A DNA stretch of 64,000 nt, taken from positions 2,112,001-2,176,000 of the forward strand of contig OY970309.1 in NCBI GenBank assembly GCA_963716395.1, given 5' to 3'. This stretch comes from an uncultured Fibrobacteria bacterium (lineage in GTDB: Bacteria; Fibrobacterota; Fibrobacteria; UBA11236). The position numbers and the translations under genes are program-made. The notes below the pieces were generated by a model, which searched no databases, was not told the origin of the DNA, and saw only the letters and a program-made list of their open reading frames with translations. Below are positions 56,976 through 64,000 of this stretch, piece after piece. Positions within the stretch are counted from its first letter, which is position 1, and every line of letters starts with the position of its first letter.

Positions 56976-59093
56976 ATGTCCGAAACACCTCCGACCCTGC
57001 GCCTCCTGCATCTTGAAGACGACGCAGCCGACGCCGAATACTTTGCGCATCTTTTGCGCGCAGGCGGGCTTGCCTGCGAGATCACCTCCGTGGCCACCCA
57101 ACCCGAGTTTGAGCAGGCACTGCGAAGCGCCCCGGCCGACCTCATCCTGTGCGACAACAGCCTTCCCGGCTATAGCGGCGAAGAGGCGCTGGTGTTGGCG
57201 CACCGGCTGCGGCCCGAGGTGCCCTTCATTTTCCTTTCGGGTTCCATCGGCGAAGAGGCGGCCATCGAGACCCTCAAGAACGGCGCCACCGATTACGTGC
57301 TCAAATCGCGCACTTCGCGGTTGATCCCGGCGGTGACGCGCGCCTTGCGCGAGCGCCGCGATCGCGAAGAACGCCTGCGCGCCGAAGCGGCACTGCGCCA
57401 CAGCGAAGAGCGTTACGCGCTGGCGGCGCGCGGCGCCAACGACGGATTGTGGGACTACGACCTCCGCGCCGGCAAAGTGTTCTTCTCGCCGCGCTGGAAA
57501 AGCATGCTGGGATACGCCGAAGACGAAGTCGGTTCGGACCCCAAGGAATGGTTCGAGCGCATCCACCCCGAAGACGCCGAAATGGTCAATTTGCAATGGG
57601 ACCGGCATCTCGCCGGCAAAACCGCCCAATGGCAATGCGAACACCGGTTGCGCGCCAAGAGCGGAAGCTATTTGTGGGTGCTGGGCCGGGGCATGGCCAT
57701 TCGCGCCGTGACGGGCGAACCCACCCGTGTCGCCGGTTCGATCAGCGACATCGGCGACCGCAAGCGGGCCGAAGAACAGTTGTTGTACGATGCCTTTCAC
57801 GACGCGGTCACCGGCCTGTTCAACCGCAATCTCTTTCTCAACCGGCTGCAGCGTCTGTTATGGGTGGGCAAACGCCGGGGCGTGCCGCGCTTCTCCGTGC
57901 TGCTGCTGGGATTGGATCGCTTTGACGCCGTCCACGACGGGCTGGGTCGCCAGGCCGCCGACCAGATGTTGATCGAAACCGCGCGCCGCATCGAACGCAA
58001 GATGCGCCCGGGCGACACCTTGGCCCGCATCGGCCACGATGTTTTTGCGGTCTTGATGGAGGAGAACGCGGTGCCCGGCGAAGTGGTGCACCTCATCCAG
58101 AACATCCGCGGCTTATTCCAGGAGGCGTTGCGTCCCGAAGGCCGCGAAGTCTTTGTGACCCTCAGCGCCGGGGTCGTGCACGACGTCGACCGCCAGGCGT
58201 CGGCCGAAGAGATTCTGCGCGACGGCGGCCTGGCGCTCGGCAAAGCCAAGGCCAGGAAGGCTTCGGGCTTTGCGGTGTTCAACGAAGAGATGCATGCCCA
58301 GGCGTTGGCGTTGCTCGATTTGGAAACCGATTTGCGCCATGCGCTGGAGCGCCATGAATTCCGGGTGCATTACCAGCCCGTCATTTCGCTGGCCTCGGGA
58401 ACGCTGTCGGGCTTCGAAGCCCTGGTGCGCTGGCAGCACCCGCAGCGCGGCCTGGTGCCCCCCATGGAGTTCATCCCCTTCGCCGAGCAAAGCCATTTCA
58501 TCAATGCCATCGGCAAAACCGTGCTCGATTCGGCCTGTGCGCAACTGCGCGCCTGGCAGGATTCCCATCCGGGCCGGGAAGATTTGACCGTCAGCGTCAA
58601 CGTATCGGGCAAGCAATTTCGCCAACCGGATTTGTTCCGGCAAATCGTGACCGTGCTGGAAGAAACCGGGTTAAATCCGAAATGTCTGAAGCTCGAAATC
58701 ACCGAAACCGCCATCATGGAAGATCCGGAAGCCGCGGCCAGGCTGCTCATCGAACTCCGGAATGCGGGCATCGGGCTGCAAATCGACGACTTCGGAACCG
58801 GTTATTCGTCGCTGGGTTATTTGCACAGGTTTCCCACCCAGGCGCTCAAGATCGATCAGTCTTTCGTTTCCAAAATCGGCCGGCAGGGCGAAAACGCCGA
58901 AATCGCCGCCACCATCATTTCCATCGCCCATCATCTGGGCATGCAGGTGATCGCCGAAGGTATCGAGGCGCCTTACCATTTGCGCGCGCTCAAGAATATC
59001 GGCTGCGAATACGGCCAGGGGTTTTTGTTCTCCCGGCCGGTGGAAACCGATCAGGCCGAAAAGTTGATCGCCGCGCAACCGTTCGCGGTTTGA
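56976..59093 (+). CDS. REC-PAS-GGDEF(degenerate)-EAL c-di-GMP phosphodiesterase
   Basis: GGDEF replaced by GHDVF; FEALVRW, SVNVS, LEITE, DDFGTGYSSL, KID, AEGIE, GQG are intact. Confidence 0.92.
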   Translation: MSETPPTLRLLHLEDDAADAEYFAHLLRAGGLACEITSVATQPEFEQALRSAPADLILCDNSLPGYSGEEALVLAHRLRPEVPFIFLSGSIGEEAAIETLKNGATDYVLKSRTSRLIPAVTRALRERRDREERLRAEAALRHSEERYALAARGANDGLWDYDLRAGKVFFSPRWKSMLGYAEDEVGSDPKEWFERIHPEDAEMVNLQWDRHLAGKTAQWQCEHRLRAKSGSYLWVLGRGMAIRAVTGEPTRVAGSISDIGDRKRAEEQLLYDAFHDAVTGLFNRNLFLNRLQRLLWVGKRRGVPRFSVLLLGLDRFDAVHDGLGRQAADQMLIETARRIERKMRPGDTLARIGHDVFAVLMEENAVPGEVVHLIQNIRGLFQEALRPEGREVFVTLSAGVVHDVDRQASAEEILRDGGLALGKAKARKASGFAVFNEEMHAQALALLDLETDLRHALERHEFRVHYQPVISLASGTLSGFEALVRWQHPQRGLVPPMEFIPFAEQSHFINAIGKTVLDSACAQLRAWQDSHPGREDLTVSVNVSGKQFRQPDLFRQIVTVLEETGLNPKCLKLEITETAIMEDPEAAARLLIELRNAGIGLQIDDFGTGYSSLGYLHRFPTQALKIDQSFVSKIGRQGENAEIAATIISIAHHLGMQVIAEGIEAPYHLRALKNIGCEYGQGFLFSRPVETDQAEKLIAAQPFAV

Positions 59094-59280
59094 CGCATCC
59101 CGGCCGCGTTTCGCCCGAGGTTCGGTTTGGATGGGGGCGGAACGGGCGAGGCCTGCGCCTGGTTCCTTGCCGAGGGATGTTGAAGAGGATCCGCCGGCTT
59201 CTTTTCGGCCGGTGAGCCTGTCGAACCGGCCGAGGGTCGAATAAGTTTTGGCGAAATTCGAGCTTCGCCCGAGCCTGGAT

Positions 59281-59308
59281 TTAAGCCCAAGGCTGTCGAC
59301 GCCGATAA
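59281..59308 (+). promoter_or_regulatory. Sigma28 (FliA) promoter of the flagellin gene
   Basis: TTAAG-N15-GCCGATAA, a near-consensus match 46 nt upstream of the ATG. Confidence 0.85.
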
Positions 59309-59354
59309 GAGAATAGGGGCCGCTCCGTCCGGTCCCGATGCGGGGAGAATCGCC

Positions 59355-60182
59355 ATGCTCATCGGCAGCGCCACATCAACCGATCTCTATCAGAATTACG
59401 CGGCGACCCAAAAACGCCAATCCGGCCTGCTGGAAAAGCTCGCCACCGGAAACCAGTTGAACCGGGCGTCCGACGGAGCGGCCAACATGGCCATTTACGA
59501 AGCCGCGGATCAATTCGTAAACGGCTATCTCACGGCTTCGCAGAATGTTTCCGACGGATCGAGCGCGGTGCAAATCGCCGACGGCGGGAGTTCGACGATC
59601 CTGGACATTCTCCAGCAGCAAAATACGCTGGCCAATCAGGCTTCCAACGGCCTGCTGACGACCGATCAACGTCAATCGTTGAACCAGGAATACCAATCGC
59701 TTTCGCAGCAAATCGATCAGATTTCCAACGCGACGAATTTCAACGGGCTGCCGCTCTTGAACGGCCAGGGACCATTGGCCGACGGCACCGGGCAGGTGCA
59801 ATCCGGGGGCAATGCGGGTCAAACCGAACCGCTGCCCGGGAGTAACCTGACGGTTTCGGCCCTCGGTTTGGCGGGAACCGGCATCGATACCGCCGAAGGC
59901 GCCAATCAAGCGCTGTCGGCCGTGACCCAGGCCATGCAAACGGTGTCGACCGCCCAGGCCGGGCAGGGTGCCGCGGAAAACCGGTTCGACATCGTTCAGC
60001 AGAACGATCAGACCCAGATCGTCAACGGCACCCAGTCTCTGTCTGCGGTGATGGACACCAACTACGCCAGCACCCTGACCGATCAGGTGAGCGCGAGCAT
60101 TCTCTCCCATGCGCAAACCGCGGCCATCGGGCAATTCGACAATCTCACCAGCGCCAATGTTATGGCGCTGATCGGCAGTTAA
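59355..60182 (+). CDS. Flagellin-family protein (short, divergent)
   Basis: EKLATG..LNRASDGAA, QIADG, TNFNG..LL, GA.ENRF, MDTNYA; sigma28 promoter. Confidence 0.88.
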   Translation: MLIGSATSTDLYQNYAATQKRQSGLLEKLATGNQLNRASDGAANMAIYEAADQFVNGYLTASQNVSDGSSAVQIADGGSSTILDILQQQNTLANQASNGLLTTDQRQSLNQEYQSLSQQIDQISNATNFNGLPLLNGQGPLADGTGQVQSGGNAGQTEPLPGSNLTVSALGLAGTGIDTAEGANQALSAVTQAMQTVSTAQAGQGAAENRFDIVQQNDQTQIVNGTQSLSAVMDTNYASTLTDQVSASILSHAQTAAIGQFDNLTSANVMALIGS

Positions 60183-60204
60183 AATCGGCGGTTTTTCGGC
60201 GCGC

Positions 60205-61719
60205 TTAAAGCGCCTGCATCCGGCGGTTGAAACGCCGGTACCAATTTCGCTGCACCCACAACACGGGCAGAAAACCCAACAGGCAGGCGACGCGCAGGCC
60301 CCAGGGCGCGTGCAGGCGAATGGCTCCGCCCGCGATCAACCCGAGCCAGAGGCCTTCGGCGATGATGGCCAGCCAATATTCCCGCAGAAACAATCCGGTG
60401 CGGTAATACCCCATCAGGTAAATCAGATATGCCAGACCCGAGACCGCATTCGCCAAACCCAAGGCCACGGCGGCGCCGGCCGTATCCCAACGGGGAATCA
60501 GGACGTAGTTCAGCCCCACGTTGGCGACGAAAAAAAGCACCTGTACCAGCGGGAAAACCGTGGTGCGCCCCAAGCCCAGAGCCAGAATGCCGACAAAATC
60601 ACACCAGGTGTTGGCGTAAACGAAAAAGGCGGTGAGCACCAAGGTCCAATAGCCAGCGGCGTACTGCGCATTGATGGCGCGCAAGCCTTCGACGCCGAAG
60701 AGAACAAGCAGCGCCAAGGCCGCGCCCTGAATACTCGTCACCAGCCAATTCGAGTAGTTGAAATAGTGTTTCACCTTCAGGGTGAGGCGCCCGGCGGCCG
60801 AGGTCGCCGAAGTGGAAAAAGCCGAAAGCAGAATGTTTTCGAACGATTGGCGGATCGAGGTGAGCGATTTTCCGATCATGCTCACGACCGCGTAGATCTC
60901 CACGCTGTGCACATTGGTGAATCCCGCCAGCATGAAAATGTCGGCCCGAACCGCCAGTGCCGAAAAGATGTTCGCGCCGGCCAGCGGTATGGAGTAGCGC
61001 ACCATCCGCCGCGGCGGCGTCGACCAGGAGAGGTCGCGCCAGCGCGGGCGATGCACGCGGAAGAATCCCACCAAGGCCACGGCCGCGCCGGCGGCGTAGC
61101 CGGCCACAAAACAGCGCGGGAGCCGCAGGAGGGTCGGCGCGACGAAGTGTCCGAGGATGGCCAGGGTGAACACAACCAACGGCACCACGATGCCGGGCAC
61201 CACAATGCGGTATTTCAGGTTCTGCTTGTTCACGTTGGCCTGGATGCACAATTCCGCAATCACCATCATGGGTACGGCCGACAGGTACAGCAAAAAATCG
61301 CCGCCCGAAATGTCGAATGACGCGAAGTTTTTGCCCAACACCCAATCCGCAAACGGCAGCCAGCCCGCGTAATTGGCCCAGGCGAACAGTCCCAATCCCA
61401 GCGACCCCAAAAGGCACCATGTCAGGCTGCGGAAAAAGGCCTGCACATACAGCGGTTCTTCGACCTGGGAGTAATACCAGATGATGCCCTTGTCCATGCC
61501 CAGCAGGCTGACGCGAAACAGCAAATAGACGAGCGATTCGTAAAACTTGTACCGGCCCCACCGACCGCCGGCGAACAGCCCCGCACACACCAATTCCATC
61601 AGCGGTGCTATGGGTTTGAAGGTATTCTCGAGCAAGGTGAAACCCAGGGCGCGGTTGATGAATTGGTGCGCGGCGTCGGCCGGAGGCGATGTGTCGGGAG
61701 GGAAGGCGGTGGGGGCCAT
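60205..61719 (-). CDS. Polysaccharide flippase (Wzx/MOP superfamily)
   Basis: 12 or more TM helices, RYSIPL, RADIFML, LNYVLIPRW..AGAAVA. Confidence 0.8.
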   Translation of the reverse strand: MAPTAFPPDTSPPADAAHQFINRALGFTLLENTFKPIAPLMELVCAGLFAGGRWGRYKFYESLVYLLFRVSLLGMDKGIIWYYSQVEEPLYVQAFFRSLTWCLLGSLGLGLFAWANYAGWLPFADWVLGKNFASFDISGGDFLLYLSAVPMMVIAELCIQANVNKQNLKYRIVVPGIVVPLVVFTLAILGHFVAPTLLRLPRCFVAGYAAGAAVALVGFFRVHRPRWRDLSWSTPPRRMVRYSIPLAGANIFSALAVRADIFMLAGFTNVHSVEIYAVVSMIGKSLTSIRQSFENILLSAFSTSATSAAGRLTLKVKHYFNYSNWLVTSIQGAALALLVLFGVEGLRAINAQYAAGYWTLVLTAFFVYANTWCDFVGILALGLGRTTVFPLVQVLFFVANVGLNYVLIPRWDTAGAAVALGLANAVSGLAYLIYLMGYYRTGLFLREYWLAIIAEGLWLGLIAGGAIRLHAPWGLRVACLLGFLPVLWVQRNWYRRFNRRMQAL

Positions 61720-61811
61720 CGGCAAAACGCGTCCGGAAGCTCTGGATTGGAAGGAATCTAAGCTATTATTTGCCGCCTTCTTTCCATAGAGGCGCGTGCG
61801 CCTTCCGACTT

Positions 61812-62984
61812 ATGACGCGCATCCCGCCGGTCCTGAACTTCTACTCCTACGATTCCACCGACAACCCGTGGTTGGGAGGCGGTGGCGCCTACCGCGATTT
61901 CGAAGTGTTGAGCCGCCAGCGCGCCCATTGCAGCGCGGTGCGCCTCTTCGTCGGGGCCTATCCCGGCGCCCGGCGCCGGCAATTGCGTGGGGTCGAAATC
62001 ATACCCCTGGGGTTCGGTAAAAATGAAATCGTCTCGAGAATCACGTATGTAATCTTCGCCAACCTGCGCATCCTGCAGCCGGGCCGATGCCTGTTGGGCA
62101 TCAGTTCCTCCATCTACAGCCCCTTGCCGACGGCGGCTTTCCACCGCAGTCACCTGTATGCCGTGCTGCACCATGTCATCGGACGGAACTGGATGAAAAA
62201 GCTCGGGGCGCCGGGCCGGATCGTCTGCGCGCTGGAGGATAGGATGGTCCGCATGCCGCGTTATCTGCTGGTTTCCAACAGCGAACTCGCGCAATCGATT
62301 TCTCTCCGCCACCGCAACGCACATGTCTTTCTGACCGCCAACGGATTCGATCCGGACTTGCTCTCCTTGCCGCGCGAACCCGAAGCCCGTCCGCCTTACG
62401 TCCTCTTTGTCGGCCGCCTCGACCCCAATATGAAAGGGCTTGATCTACTGGTGAACGCCTTCGCCACCCTGGCCGATCGCTATCCCGATTTGCATTTGGT
62501 GCTGGCTGGCCGCGGCGATCCGGCTTCGGAGCGCGCCTTGCAAGCCCTCGCTGAGCAAGGCGGGGTGGCCCGCCGCGTGCGCTTGCAAACCAATATCAGC
62601 GAAGCCGAAAAGCGGAAACTGCTTTCGGGTTGCCTCTTTTTTTGCAGCCCGTCGCGCTTTGAAGGCTGGGGCATCGCGGCCCTCGAAGCCAACGCCGCGG
62701 GCAAACCCGTGGTGGTCTCCAACGCTTCGGGATTCCGCGACAGCATCCGCCATAACGAATCGGGAATCCGGGTCGATCTCGATGCGGGCGAAAGCCTTTC
62801 CCAGGTCATGAGCGAATTGCTGGATCATCCGGAAAGAAGGGCAGAGATGGGCCTGCGGGCGCGCGCGTGGGCCCGGCAATTCAGTTGGGACGACATTGCC
62901 GAAAAGGAATGGCGCTGGCTGTGCGCCCAAGGCCTGGCGCCGGGGGCAGCGGCTACGGCGAGCGACGACGCTGGACCGGAATAA
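61812..62984 (+). CDS. Glycosyltransferase family 4
   Basis: LFVGRL...KGLDLL, PSRFEGWGIAALEANAAGKPVV. Confidence 0.92.
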   Translation: MTRIPPVLNFYSYDSTDNPWLGGGGAYRDFEVLSRQRAHCSAVRLFVGAYPGARRRQLRGVEIIPLGFGKNEIVSRITYVIFANLRILQPGRCLLGISSSIYSPLPTAAFHRSHLYAVLHHVIGRNWMKKLGAPGRIVCALEDRMVRMPRYLLVSNSELAQSISLRHRNAHVFLTANGFDPDLLSLPREPEARPPYVLFVGRLDPNMKGLDLLVNAFATLADRYPDLHLVLAGRGDPASERALQALAEQGGVARRVRLQTNISEAEKRKLLSGCLFFCSPSRFEGWGIAALEANAAGKPVVVSNASGFRDSIRHNESGIRVDLDAGESLSQVMSELLDHPERRAEMGLRARAWARQFSWDDIAEKEWRWLCAQGLAPGAAATASDDAGPE

Positions 62985-64000
62985 ACGCCTTCGCCCCCGA
63001 GCCCAGACTTCTCCCGGCCACGTCAAAGGTTTCGGCCGCGGCGTGCGAACGCGTCCCGCCGGCTCCCGGTCTTACCGGCACGGCGCTGTAGGTGAAATCC
63101 GCCGAGGTCGTGTCGCAGCCGCAGTTGTCGGTGACCCGTACCGCGTAAGTTCCGTTGGCGTCGGGTTGATAGACCGAGTCGACGGCGCCGGGAATGATCT
63201 GGCCGTCGCGCAGCCATTGATTGCCTGCGGCCGCGCTGGAATGCAGCGCGCCGCCGCCCCAACGCACGGCGGGAACCGGCAAAGTGATGGGAATGATGCG
63301 CTCCACCAAAGCCCGCAGCGCTTCTTCGGTGGGCTGGATTTCGGGCGCGGTGCGCAACACGAAGAATACCGCGCTGATATTGCGGCAGCGGTCGATCCAG
63401 GGCGTGAAGCCGAAGGCGCCTTGGTCGCCCAATTCCACCGGCATGTTGTTGTGCGGGTTGACGCGCTCCAGCCAGGTGCCGAAACCGTAGCGGATGTCGG
63501 CATGCATCGGGTCATCGACATAGGGCGTATAAACCAGCGGCACGCCATGGGTTTGATCGATTTCCATGGTCTTCACCGACACCGAGTCGAGAATGCGCAC
63601 GCCGCTGTCGGCGCCGAAATGGCACATGAAGTTCAGGAATTTGGCGTAGTCGGGCAAGGTGGTGCCCATGCCGCCGGCGATGCGGAAATTGGTGGTGGCG
63701 CCGAGGCCGAGGTAGTCGGTGTGCTGCAATTTCAGCGGGGCGGCGATTTTGAGGTTGAAGAGAGAATCCCAACCCATGCCGCCGGCGATCTCGGCCATGC
63801 GGCCGGCAACGTGCATGTCGACGCCCGAATAGATAAAGGCGGTGCCGGGCGCGTAAGGGCTCATGGGGGTGTAAAGTCCGATGCTGTCCACCGCTTCGGC
63901 CAAGGTCATTGCGTTGTCGCTGAGATACGGCGAACTGTCCGGCAGGCCCGAGGTATGGCTCATCAGTTCGGCTAGGGTTATGACGGGCTTGCCCCCGAAG
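62953..64000 (-). CDS. Beta-lactamase-family serine hydrolase with C-terminal Ig-like domain (5' end off the window)
   Basis: Frame is open to the window edge: ITLAELMSHTSGL, PGTAFIYSG, GAFG..PWID; then QWLRDG...GTYAVRVTD. Confidence 0.85.
   Translation of the reverse strand, partial: FGGKPVITLAELMSHTSGLPDSSPYLSDNAMTLAEAVDSIGLYTPMSPYAPGTAFIYSGVDMHVAGRMAEIAGGMGWDSLFNLKIAAPLKLQHTDYLGLGATTNFRIAGGMGTTLPDYAKFLNFMCHFGADSGVRILDSVSVKTMEIDQTHGVPLVYTPYVDDPMHADIRYGFGTWLERVNPHNNMPVELGDQGAFGFTPWIDRCRNISAVFFVLRTAPEIQPTEEALRALVERIIPITLPVPAVRWGGGALHSSAAAGNQWLRDGQIIPGAVDSVYQPDANGTYAVRVTDNCGCDTTSADFTYSAVPVRPGAGGTRSHAAAETFDVAGRSLGSGAKAFIPVQRRRSP

Overview
GC-rich bacterial chromosomal segment, mostly housekeeping genes, with about 56 CDS. 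I saw no rRNA, tRNA, CRISPR array, transposase or integrase. Several cues suggest an FCB-superphylum organism, most likely a flagellated Fibrobacterota; this is inference from a short RpoD-family sigma with a KFISYAIWWIRQSI motif, an 'FDxxGR' basic C-terminal tail on a secreted hydrolase and a split dnaX. Left part: MFS transporter (partial), uppP, KirBac channel, thiL with a PilB/GspE ATPase, fliD-fliS-fliT-like, rsmA, Mrp plus DUF971, sigma70, sod, fabV, stand-alone dnaN. Middle: hemX/ccsA-hemACDL, ybaB-dnaX, fliJ, a GH108 muramidase plus 3TM holin pair, an SPL-like radical SAM enzyme, stand-alone rpsD, and the run mfd-PPIase-surA-MTase-ftsE-aroA-dacB/DUF1460-fur. Right part: GH63-like hydrolase plus SDR, a three-gene two-component/c-di-GMP cluster, a sigma28-driven divergent flagellin, a flippase, a GT4 and a serine hydrolase (partial). 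Most notable: (1) dnaX is split at an A10 run, so tau needs recoding; (2) a holin-endolysin pair lies outside any prophage; (3) a PBP4-DUF1460 amidase fusion; (4) an SPL-like radical SAM enzyme apparently lacking the SPL H-donor Cys. All family assignments come from reading motifs by eye, not from database searches.
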